Source of the DNA: an uncultured Candidatus Saccharibacteria bacterium
GTDB lineage: Bacteria > Patescibacteriota > Minisyncoccia > Minisyncoccales > PEYH01
NCBI GenBank assembly: GCA_964422845.1
Contig: CAYRCT010000001.1
Span: 1 to 47,738 of the forward strand
Length of the DNA: 47,738 bases
Direction: 5' to 3'
The notes under the pieces were generated by a model. The model saw only the letters and a program-made list of their open reading frames with translations, made no database searches and was not told the origin of the DNA. Below are positions 26,668 through 34,740 of this stretch, piece after piece. A program made the translations under genes and the position numbers. Every line of letters begins with the position of its first letter. The stretch's first letter is position 1.

Positions 26668-27915
26668 TTAAAATTTAAAATTAGATAATTTATTAATTTT
26701 TATAAATTCCGGCTTGATTTTATTCCTTTCTTTTAATTCAACGCTGTTCTCTTTTAGTGTTTTCTCACTAATTAAAATTCTATATGGAATACCAAATAAA
26801 TCAGATTCTGCCAATTTTTCTCCAGCACTTACATCTTGTTGATCATCATATAACACTTCAATCCCCCGCTTTTGTAAATCTTTATAAATTTTTTCTGCTT
26901 GAGTTACAATTTCTTTTTTTCTCATATTTATGGGCAATAGATGAACTAGATATGGAGAAACTTCCTTGGGCCAAATAATACCCCTGTCATCGTGATGAGC
27001 TTCAACTATTGTTGCCATCAATCGCCCTACTCCAATGCCATAGGAAGCCATAATAACTAATTTCTTTTTTCCATTTTTATCAACAAAAGATAAATCAAAT
27101 GGTTCAGAATATTTAGTTCCCAGGGGAAATATATTGCCTATTTCAATACCTTTCTCTTGTTTAAGTATGCTTCCACATTCGGGACATTTATCGCCCTCCT
27201 TCTGTTTGGTAATTTCTTTATTCTGGGCAAAACCACATTTTGAACAAAAGACAATTGTATCTTCCCCCACTGGAGTTAATGCTTGAAATTCGTCAGTAAA
27301 CTCAGCCGTAAATCCACCTCCAGACGCCTTTACTCTTACGGCAGACAAGCCACATCGTTTAAAAATCTTGAAATAACTTTCTGCAACAATTTCGTAATAT
27401 TTCTCAAAATCTTCTTGATCAGCGTGGAAGCTATATAAATCTTTCATTACAAACTCCCTTGTTCTCAGTAGTCCACCAGCATATCTTAATTCATTTCTAA
27501 ATTTTGTTTGAATCTGAAAAAGAGCAAACGGCAAATCCTTATAAGAATTTATTCTTTCTTTAGCTATTTTTGCCACCACTTCCTCATGCGTAGCGCCCAG
27601 GGCAAAATCTTTTTTGTGGCTATCTTTCAGTTTATACAAAGGCGGATTCATCGTTTCCCAACGACCCGATTTTTGCCAAACATTTTTAGGATGAAACGAG
27701 GGCAAAAATACCTCTTGCCCACCGATATTAAACATTTCTTCTCTAATAATTTGAGCTATTTTTTTATGAACCAACCAGCCCAAAGGCAAAAAGCTATAGA
27801 TACCAGAACCCAATTGATCAATAAAATCACCTCTGTATAAAAGTTTATGGGAAATCGCCTCTATATCTTTGGGCGCTTGTTTTTTAGCTTTGTAGAAAAG
27901 TTCTGATTGCCTCAT
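26668..27915 (-). CDS. proS: Prolyl-tRNA synthetase, short form without the INS editing domain
   Basis: The N-terminus is of the bacterial type (SHKLLYRGDFIDQLGSGIYSFLPLG) and class II motifs are present. At 415 aa, a CxxC...CxxC mini-insert sits where INS normally lies. Confidence 0.88.
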   Translation of the reverse strand: MRQSELFYKAKKQAPKDIEAISHKLLYRGDFIDQLGSGIYSFLPLGWLVHKKIAQIIREEMFNIGGQEVFLPSFHPKNVWQKSGRWETMNPPLYKLKDSHKKDFALGATHEEVVAKIAKERINSYKDLPFALFQIQTKFRNELRYAGGLLRTREFVMKDLYSFHADQEDFEKYYEIVAESYFKIFKRCGLSAVRVKASGGGFTAEFTDEFQALTPVGEDTIVFCSKCGFAQNKEITKQKEGDKCPECGSILKQEKGIEIGNIFPLGTKYSEPFDLSFVDKNGKKKLVIMASYGIGVGRLMATIVEAHHDDRGIIWPKEVSPYLVHLLPINMRKKEIVTQAEKIYKDLQKRGIEVLYDDQQDVSAGEKLAESDLFGIPYRILISEKTLKENSVELKERNKIKPEFIKINKLSNFKF

Positions 27916-27916
27916 T

Positions 27917-29038
27917 CTAAAATAAAATGTCTTTAAATTGTATTATGTCTTTAAACGTTACCAGAAAAAGCACAATAATCAAGATAAAAAAACCTACTAG
28001 ATTAACTCTTCTTTCCAATTTGGCTGGAGCCCTCTTTTTAAAAATTGCTTCATAAAGAACAAACACTAATCGTCCGCCGTCCGCCGCTGGAATCGGCAAG
28101 ATATTTATTGTTCCTAGAGCCAAAGAAATCGCGGCAATAAGATAAAAAACCTGCCAAGCACCTCCTGCCATACTCAATTTTGTAAAAACCAATATACCAA
28201 CTGGACCCGAGACCGAGCTAGACAATGGCTCTATATTTTTCTCTGCAATGGAAGTTTTTATTAAATTTCCCATAGCGCAAAAAGAGAAATGACCAAGATT
28301 TACAGTGTGTAAAACGCCTGCAAATATTTTTTCTCCAGAACTTTCGTATTTCAAACGACTCACATCGCTTAACGCTATTCCTGTTGCTCCCTCGTTTTCT
28401 GGAGGATCTAATCGTGGCACAATTTTAACCAATCGCTCCTCTTTTGTATGAATATTTCTTAAAAATAAACTAACTTCTTCTCCTTTGTGTTCATTAATAA
28501 AAGAAATTACCTCCTCTGAATTTTCCAAACTTTCTCCATTCCCCGCAAGGACTAAGTCAAATGGTTTAATTCCTGCTAGATCAGCCGGAGAATTATCTAT
28601 CACTACTGAAACAGCTGAAAAATTTTCCTGTTGGCCAAAAGGAAAATCATAATCAAAGAATTGGCCCTGATATGTCTGAAATCCGTTGAACCCGACAAGA
28701 AAATAGAAAAGGATTATTGCGACTAAAAAATTAGCAGCCACTCCTGCTGAAAGCACGGCCGCCTTCTGGCGCGGAGGTCTACTAGCAAAACTCTTGGAAT
28801 CTTTAGTGTTCTCTTCGTCGGGGTCTTCACCATAAATTTTTACAAACCCACCAAAAGGAATCCAATTTATAGAATAAACAGTATCTCCGAACTTTTTGCC
28901 AAATATCATTGGCGGATAACCAAGACCAAATTCTTCTACTTTAATTCCCAATTTCTTGGCAACAAGAAAATGCCCAAGTTCGTGAGAGATAACAAGGAAA
29001 CTAAAAATTAAAATGAAAACAATAAAAGCTAATATCAT
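27917..29038 (-). CDS. rseP: Site-2 protease (M50 family, RseP-like)
   Basis: It has the HELGHF zinc motif in TM1, a PDZ-like middle region, and multiple TM helices. Confidence 0.88.
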   Translation of the reverse strand: MILAFIVFILIFSFLVISHELGHFLVAKKLGIKVEEFGLGYPPMIFGKKFGDTVYSINWIPFGGFVKIYGEDPDEENTKDSKSFASRPPRQKAAVLSAGVAANFLVAIILFYFLVGFNGFQTYQGQFFDYDFPFGQQENFSAVSVVIDNSPADLAGIKPFDLVLAGNGESLENSEEVISFINEHKGEEVSLFLRNIHTKEERLVKIVPRLDPPENEGATGIALSDVSRLKYESSGEKIFAGVLHTVNLGHFSFCAMGNLIKTSIAEKNIEPLSSSVSGPVGILVFTKLSMAGGAWQVFYLIAAISLALGTINILPIPAADGGRLVFVLYEAIFKKRAPAKLERRVNLVGFFILIIVLFLVTFKDIIQFKDILF

Positions 29039-29110
29039 GCTGTCGCCTCTTTCTTTCCCTCTTGCACACGCAAGAAAACAGATTGAGACAAATTTAATGT
29101 TAAAAAATCT

Positions 29111-29662
29111 TTATTCTAATATTTCTTTTTTCTTTTTCTCTTTCAATTCTTCAATCTTTTTATGATATTCATCTATCATCTCTTGAAGCTCGTCTTTTCC
29201 TTTGAATTTATCATCTTCTGAGATTTCTTTCTTGTGAAATTTCTCTTGAATTTCTTTCCATGCCTCATCTCTCCATCGCCGAAGCGTCTGATATGCCTCT
29301 TCCCCTTTGCTGGAAACCTGTGTAATTAATCTTTCTCTGAATTCACCTGTAACTGGTGGTAAATTAATCCTTATTATATGGCCATCATTTGCTGGCGAAG
29401 TTCCCAAGTCCGCTTGCTGAAGCGCCTTGTCAATTCCTTCTAAATATTCTGCGCTCCAGGGTTGAACTAAAAGTTGTCTTGGTTCGGGGCAAGATATCGT
29501 TGCTAATTGTTTCAATGGAAGCTTTGAGCCGAAACAATCAACTATTATATCTTCGATTAAGCTCGGGCTGGCCTTGCCAGACCGAATCTTTTGGAGCTCT
29601 CTCTTAAAATAATCAACTACTTTTTCAAACTCTGGTTTTATTTTTTCAATACTTTGTCTCAT
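29111..29662 (-). CDS. frr: Ribosome recycling factor
   Basis: 183 aa with LxKIRSGKASPSLIEDI and RINLPPVTGEFR motifs. Confidence 0.93.
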   Translation of the reverse strand: MRQSIEKIKPEFEKVVDYFKRELQKIRSGKASPSLIEDIIVDCFGSKLPLKQLATISCPEPRQLLVQPWSAEYLEGIDKALQQADLGTSPANDGHIIRINLPPVTGEFRERLITQVSSKGEEAYQTLRRWRDEAWKEIQEKFHKKEISEDDKFKGKDELQEMIDEYHKKIEELKEKKKKEILE

Positions 29663-29728
29663 AAATTCTTTTTGTTAATTATTAAAATTATGGTTGATTG
29701 CTCTTATTGTTTTACTAATTATTACCAC

Positions 29729-30778
29729 TTATTTTAAAATATAAGCAGTCGCGGGACCTTTACCTTTTTGTTCAATAATTTTTAATTTTTTAAGCTTCTG
29801 CAATTCCAATTGAGCAGTTCTCTTTGAACAATCTAAAATATCAACCGCATCTTTTATTATAATCTTGCCACTTATATTAATAAAATCAAGAATTTGGACT
29901 TGCCGAAGGCTTAAATAAATTTGCTCTCCTGATGTCTTGTTATTTTTAAGGGCTGCAAGTGAAAATATTTTTGTTCTTACGGTCTCAATTTCAAATTTAA
30001 ATCCTTCGATAAAATATTCTAACCATTTTGTGAAATCTTTTTGATGGTAAATCGGCCCTATGCTAATTGCCTGATAATATTTTTGTCTATCTTTATTGTA
30101 ATAATCTTCTAGGGCAAAAAGTTTACGAAAATTATAATCTCTTTGATACAAAATCAAGGTAGATAAGGCCCGGGCCACCCTTCCATTCCCATCAACAAAT
30201 GGATGAATAGAAGCAAACTGACGATGAGCCGTTCCTGCAACTAAAATTGGATGAATATCTTGTTGTTTGCTGTTCTGGATCCAATCAATTAGATCCTTTA
30301 TTAACTCAGAAACTTTCAAGGCATCAGGTGCTGTATAAATAACTTTATCGGGCGCGCCTAGTGCTCTTTTAACAACATAGACCTTTTGAGTTCGATACTT
30401 GCCACACTTTTCTTTTGGTAATGTTTTATCTGTAACTAGATGGTGAATTTTCAAAATAATTGACTCTGTGATTACTTTCTTTTCCTCAACTATTTTTTCA
30501 ATGTACTTAATTGTTTTTAAATAATTCTTTGCTTCATAAATATATCTTGCTGGCGCATCAATTTTTTGCCCCTTGAATAATGCCTCAACTTGTTCAAGAT
30601 TCAAAATGTTTCCTTCTATCGCGATAGAGCTTTGAGTCATTCTAATTAATGCTTGCCTGCGCAATCTAAGTTCTTGAGTAGGCAAAATCTTTGCTTTTTC
30701 AATAATAACTTTAGCTTCAGCTATAGAGGTTAAATCAGATAATATCTTATTGGTCAGCTTGTAAGATGGATTAAACAT
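29729..30778 (-). CDS. Fic-domain protein with a C-terminal wHTH-like region
   Basis: The Fic motif HPFVDGNGRVAR is intact. An N-terminal inhibitory-helix-like motif SIAIEG is present. The start was moved to M27 (MFNPSYKL) of the track ORF, which is the more typical family N-terminus. Confidence 0.8.
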   Translation of the reverse strand: MFNPSYKLTNKILSDLTSIAEAKVIIEKAKILPTQELRLRRQALIRMTQSSIAIEGNILNLEQVEALFKGQKIDAPARYIYEAKNYLKTIKYIEKIVEEKKVITESIILKIHHLVTDKTLPKEKCGKYRTQKVYVVKRALGAPDKVIYTAPDALKVSELIKDLIDWIQNSKQQDIHPILVAGTAHRQFASIHPFVDGNGRVARALSTLILYQRDYNFRKLFALEDYYNKDRQKYYQAISIGPIYHQKDFTKWLEYFIEGFKFEIETVRTKIFSLAALKNNKTSGEQIYLSLRQVQILDFINISGKIIIKDAVDILDCSKRTAQLELQKLKKLKIIEQKGKGPATAYILK

Positions 30779-30891
30779 AGTTTTGATACTATCCCTTTCT
30801 ATGCATTTTAACACTAAATTTAGAATCGCGCAATAATCACGCAATAAATCGTGCAAAAAACAGATTATTTATCTAAGTTTTAAGTCTTAGA

Positions 30892-31821
30892 TTAAATTTT
30901 CATCAATAGAACTTCTAGTGCTAATCGGGGATTAGCATTGGTGCGAAAAAGAACAAATTTTATCTTTTCAATCAGATTAATAATCTTTTTCAAATGCTGA
31001 ATTGAATAATTATTTTTTTGAAAATCTGCCGGCACTTGCCTATTCCCAAATTTATTTAATAAAAGCTCTCGAAAATAATTTAACCAAATATCTAAAACTT
31101 TATTCGTTTCCTCTCTTTTTTTAGAAAGTTTTTCAGCATATTGGAAACGAATTTTTAAAGATGAATCAACGAGCTGGTTAATTCCTTTTATTTTTTCTCT
31201 CTGAAATTTTTCTTGTTTAGGATTATTCAAACAATCTATTGCCAATCCGGGTTTACCGAAAGATAACCACGAAAGTTCTTGCGCCTTTCTGACAGAAATA
31301 TTCTGCTGAATTAAATATTTTTCTATCTTTTTATTAGATAATAAATCAAAACGAATTACTTGGCATCTAGAAACGATCGTGGAAGTAAGCCGATTCAATT
31401 GTTGGGATAATAAAATGATTACTGTCTTACCTTTGGGCTCTTCCAATAATTTCAACAAAGCTCCTTGAGCATCAGCAGTCATTTCTGACGCCTCATCAAT
31501 AATAGCCGCCTTATAGTTTTGACCAATAGCTGATAAAGATAATTTCGTTTTTAAGTCAAAAATTTGAGCCACAGGAATAATTGCTCTAGATGATTCTTTT
31601 TTTTCACCCTCTTTGTCAACTGAACATTCTGGCTTAATCAATGTTAAGTCAGAAACAATGTTACTTTCTTGTGAAGGGTTAACTAATAATTTTGTGAACT
31701 CCAAGGCAATTGCTTTTTTCCCAATCTTGCCTGGACCGTAGAATAAATAGGCATGGGCAACTCTATTATTCTGAATACTTCTTTTTAAAAAATTTCTTTG
31801 TTTTTCATGCCCAATAATCAT
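30892..31821 (-). CDS. holB: DNA polymerase III delta' subunit
   Basis: It has the AAA+ clamp-loader motifs HAYLFYGPGKIGK and SRCQVIRF. Confidence 0.85.
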   Translation of the reverse strand: MIIGHEKQRNFLKRSIQNNRVAHAYLFYGPGKIGKKAIALEFTKLLVNPSQESNIVSDLTLIKPECSVDKEGEKKESSRAIIPVAQIFDLKTKLSLSAIGQNYKAAIIDEASEMTADAQGALLKLLEEPKGKTVIILLSQQLNRLTSTIVSRCQVIRFDLLSNKKIEKYLIQQNISVRKAQELSWLSFGKPGLAIDCLNNPKQEKFQREKIKGINQLVDSSLKIRFQYAEKLSKKREETNKVLDIWLNYFRELLLNKFGNRQVPADFQKNNYSIQHLKKIINLIEKIKFVLFRTNANPRLALEVLLMKI

Positions 31822-32828
31822 TTCTTTTTCGACATCACACTCTTTTTGTAAACATCAAGATTTTCTAAAACTGCGCCCGTGCCTTTGGCAACGCAGAAAA
31901 GCGATTCGTCTGCTAAAAAACAAGGAACTCCGGTTTTTTTAGATATTAAACGGTCAAGATTTCGTAAAAGCCCACCACCTCCAGAAACCACCATTCCCTT
32001 GTCCATAATATCGGAAGATAATTCAGGTGGAGTATCTCTCAAAACCATCTTTATTGCTTGAATGATCTCTTCTAAAACATCTGTAATTGCTTCGCAAACT
32101 TCATTAGAAGAAATTTTAACGCTTCTTGGCAGACCAGAAACTAAATCTCTGCCTCGAATTTCGACTACTCTCTCTTTGCTTTCGCACAAGGCAGTACCCA
32201 CTTTAATTTTAACTTCTTCTGCTGTTTGTTCTCCTACTGCTAAATTATGTTTCTTTTTGATATACTCGCTCACAGCAACATTCATTTTGTCTCCAGCAAC
32301 CCTAATAGAGCTAAAGGTTACTATTCCACCTAGAGAAATGACCGCTACTTCTGTTGTTCCACCTCCAATATCAACAATCAAATGACCAGAACAAGTATGA
32401 ATAGGAATGCCTGCGCCAATAGCAGCCAAAACTGGCTCTTTAGCAATATAAGCATTTTTTGCTCCAGCTAAAGTAGCCGCCTCAACAACGGCCCTTTTTT
32501 CTGTAGAGGTAATGCCAGCTGGAACAGAGATTATTAATTCTGGCTTTAAGAATTGAAATTTTGGTTTAGTTTTAGAAATAAAATATTTTATCATTGCTTC
32601 CGTTACTCGAAAATCCGCGATCACTCCATCTTTAAGCGGACGATAAACAACAATATTCTCTGGTGTTCTGCCTGTCATTTCTTTTGCCTCTTTCCCCACA
32701 GCCAAAATTTTGTTTTCATCGATATCAACGGCAACAACCGAGGGTTCGTTCAAAACCACTCCCTTTTTGGGGACAAAAACTAAAGAATTACAAGTTCCCA
32801 GATCTATTCCTATTCTACGAATAAACAT
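31818..32828 (-). CDS. MreB/Mbl actin homologue (copy 2)
   Basis: It has the motifs IDLGTCNS, DIGGGTTEVAV and VSGGGGLLRNL. It overlaps the holB start. Confidence 0.9.
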   Translation of the reverse strand: MFIRRIGIDLGTCNSLVFVPKKGVVLNEPSVVAVDIDENKILAVGKEAKEMTGRTPENIVVYRPLKDGVIADFRVTEAMIKYFISKTKPKFQFLKPELIISVPAGITSTEKRAVVEAATLAGAKNAYIAKEPVLAAIGAGIPIHTCSGHLIVDIGGGTTEVAVISLGGIVTFSSIRVAGDKMNVAVSEYIKKKHNLAVGEQTAEEVKIKVGTALCESKERVVEIRGRDLVSGLPRSVKISSNEVCEAITDVLEEIIQAIKMVLRDTPPELSSDIMDKGMVVSGGGGLLRNLDRLISKKTGVPCFLADESLFCVAKGTGAVLENLDVYKKSVMSKKK

Positions 32829-32829
32829 A

Positions 32830-34110
32830 CTAATTCTTTATTCTTTTAATTTTAGCTCCGATTTTTTCCAACCGCTCTTCTATCCTCTCGTATCCCCTGT
32901 CAATCTGATAAATATTATTAATAGTCGTTTGCCCTTTAGCAATCAATGCTCCGACTATCAACGAGGCTCCTCCCCTTAAATCGGGAGAATTCACAACTAC
33001 TCCCCTCAACTCTGTCGGGCCATTAACAATTGCCCTGTGAGGGTCAGCAAAAATAATCTGCGCTCCCATTTTATTTAATTCGTCTAGATAACGCAATCTG
33101 CCTTCGTATAATGGATCGTGTAAAAGAGTTGTTCCTTCTGTTTGTGTTGCCAAAACACCAAACAAGGGCAAAAGATCCGTGGGAATTCCAGGAAATGGCA
33201 ACGCCTGAACTTTTTCCATTCTTAAAGAAACCCAAGGTTTAATTTTAACAATGCCTTGATCTTTTATCTCTAGGGGAAGACCAAAGTCCCTTAATCTCTT
33301 CAACACAAGTTCCAAAAAAGGTATTTCAACATTTTTAACAGTTAATTCGCTTCTAGTGGCGGCTGCCATTAGAATAAAAGTTCCTGCTTCAATCGGATCA
33401 TTGATTAATTTGTGTTTTGCTCCTGATAATTTCTTTTTTCCGGTTATAACGAAAATATGAGGACCTTTTGTTTCTACTTTCGCTCCCATCTTTTCCAAAA
33501 ATCTAATTAAGTCCTGAATTTCATAATCACAATCAGCTATTTTAATAACTGTTTTTTGATTAAACCTGCTCGCAAATGACAAAACATTTTCAGTAGCTGT
33601 AACGCTAAATTCGTTAAGAATAACTCTATCCTTTGGCTTTTCATTAATCTCTAGGTTAAAATATTCTCCTTTTTCTGATTCCTTTACCTTAACGTTAACC
33701 CCTAATTGAGAAAAAGCATCCAAATGAGTGGAAATCGGCCGAGCCCCAATTAAACATCCGCCTGGCTGTGGAAATTTCACCTTTCCGCATCTTGCCAAAA
33801 GAGGTCCAAAAAGTAAAACAGAACCTCTAAATTTTGTTACCAAGTCCTCTCTGATTTTATCGGGCTCAGGAGCTGTTTTTTCTTTAATTTTGATAGCTCT
33901 CTTGCCAATCCAAGAAATTTCCTTTCCTAAACTTTCTAAAATCTCCAACAAAAGAAAAACATCCTCAATCAAAGGGATATTTTCTATTAAACACTCCTCA
34001 TCTGTAAGTAATGTGGCAGCTAAAATCGGAAAACAAGCATTTTTAGCGCCCCTTGCTTCTATCGTGCCCCTTAACCGTTTGCCTCCATTAATGATGAATT
34101 GCTCTGCCAT
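32830..34110 (-). CDS. murA: UDP-N-acetylglucosamine 1-carboxyvinyltransferase
   Basis: It has the N-terminal INGGKRLRGTIEARGAKNA motif and the active-site motif PGGCLIGARPI with the cysteine retained. Confidence 0.95.
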   Translation of the reverse strand: MAEQFIINGGKRLRGTIEARGAKNACFPILAATLLTDEECLIENIPLIEDVFLLLEILESLGKEISWIGKRAIKIKEKTAPEPDKIREDLVTKFRGSVLLFGPLLARCGKVKFPQPGGCLIGARPISTHLDAFSQLGVNVKVKESEKGEYFNLEINEKPKDRVILNEFSVTATENVLSFASRFNQKTVIKIADCDYEIQDLIRFLEKMGAKVETKGPHIFVITGKKKLSGAKHKLINDPIEAGTFILMAAATRSELTVKNVEIPFLELVLKRLRDFGLPLEIKDQGIVKIKPWVSLRMEKVQALPFPGIPTDLLPLFGVLATQTEGTTLLHDPLYEGRLRYLDELNKMGAQIIFADPHRAIVNGPTELRGVVVNSPDLRGGASLIVGALIAKGQTTINNIYQIDRGYERIEERLEKIGAKIKRIKN

Positions 34111-34264
34111 GATGCTTTTATGCTACCTTGAAATAAAAAAAATGGCAAATTATGCCTTTTAATGTTTCTTGGGAAAGTCCACAAGTTATGGACTTTCCCA
34201 AGCAGAGTGTGAGTCTTTACGACTCGCTTAATTCGTCCCTTGGAGACGGTCTTTCCTTCGTCCT

Positions 34265-34300
34265 CTAGGTGACAAAAACTCCGAAATGTACTTTGCGCAT
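34265..34300 (-). CDS. Candidate mini-ORF 2 (MRKVHFGVFVT) inside the structured RNA
   Basis: GGGAGG lies 10 nt upstream of the ATG. The ATG itself sits in the GCGCAT/ATGCGC stem (34295-34300 paired with 34319-34324). Confidence 0.25.
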   Translation of the reverse strand: MRKVHFGVFVT

Positions 34301-34433
34301 GATGATCAATCCTCCCTTATGCGCCGGGTTTCTGTACGACCTTGTTCTGATAGCAAATTGCTGTTCAGAGCGCCTTTTCCGATTGGAGTGCGAACCTTTC
34401 GGTTCACCGAATTCGTCTCTTTCAGCCGTACGC

Positions 34434-34478
34434 CTACTTAATGACGAAACCTCCAATAGATACAAGTGCTTTTTTCAT
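34434..34478 (-). CDS. Candidate mini-ORF 1 (MKKALVSIGGFVIK) inside the structured RNA
   Basis: GGAGG lies 10 nt upstream of the ATG. Confidence 0.25.
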   Translation of the reverse strand: MKKALVSIGGFVIK

Positions 34479-34581
34479 CGCCGATCGACCTCCATGTCGA
34501 TGTCCACGAGTTCTCTATGTTTCGAGGCAATCACCTTGAAACGCCTTTTCGAGAGAGTCCTAAACTCCCTGTGCTAATTTT

Positions 34582-34610
34582 ATAATACAAAATATTTTTA
34601 CTTTTTGCAA
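34582..34610 (-). promoter_or_regulatory. Candidate promoter for the structured RNA/murA leader
   Basis: The minus strand has TTGCAA (34610-34605), a 17-nt spacer, then TATTAT (34587-34582). Confidence 0.4.
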
Positions 34611-34629
34611 ATAGATTATCCACTAATGC

Positions 34630-34657
34630 TTGAAAATAAGGAATAAATGTCTATAAT
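34630..34657 (+). promoter_or_regulatory. Candidate promoter for the plus-strand 492-aa gene
   Basis: TTGAAA, a 16-nt spacer, then TATAAT. Confidence 0.45.
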
Positions 34658-34740
34658 TAAATTACCTTAAAGAATTTATATATAATCAATTTAATTTCAA
34701 GGTTCTGTGAGCGAAGCAAGCAGACTCTTCTAATAAGAAA

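Larger units (their letters stand above)
34133..34575 (-). ncRNA. GC-rich structured RNA or long 5' leader of unknown class upstream of murA
   Basis: GC is about 50% in an AT-rich genome. Nested helices lie at 34382-88/34451-57 and 34412-17/34443-48. A GNRA hairpin GTGAACC-GAAA-GGTTCGC lies at 34390-34407. A 14-bp perfect hairpin lies at 34168-34202. A weak terminator (GGCA-TAATT-TGCC plus T8) ends 23 nt before the murA ATG. A TTGCAA-17-TATTAT promoter lies upstream. Confidence 0.55.

Noticed and set aside
34168-34202. GGGAAAGTCC string resembling RNase P CR-I
   Set aside because: It is one arm of a perfect 14-bp inverted repeat (CTTGGGAAAGTCCA/TGGACTTTCCCAAG) at the 3' end of the element. 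It is therefore a simple hairpin, in the wrong position and context for P4.
34133-34575. Calling the structured RNA RNase P RNA (it contains ACAGAAACCCGGC, resembling the P4 3' strand ACAGAACCCGGCUUA) or a glmS-like ribozyme
   Set aside because: No GGAAAGUCCGGGC-type CR-I element lies upstream of the ACAGAA motif to form P4. Other conserved regions (GGUAAGAGC, AGGGUGAAA) are absent. The resemblance to glmS is limited to short GACGAAGGA-type strings, and the downstream gene is murA. I therefore left it as unknown class pending a covariance-model search.
34265-34577. 66-aa minus-strand ORF and 102-aa plus-strand ORF in the GC-rich block
   Set aside because: Both use non-ATG starts, have no SD, overlap each other on opposite strands, and have odd composition (Arg/Ser/Cys-rich). 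Open frames on both strands are expected from locally high GC. The dense hairpins and GNRA loop favour RNA.
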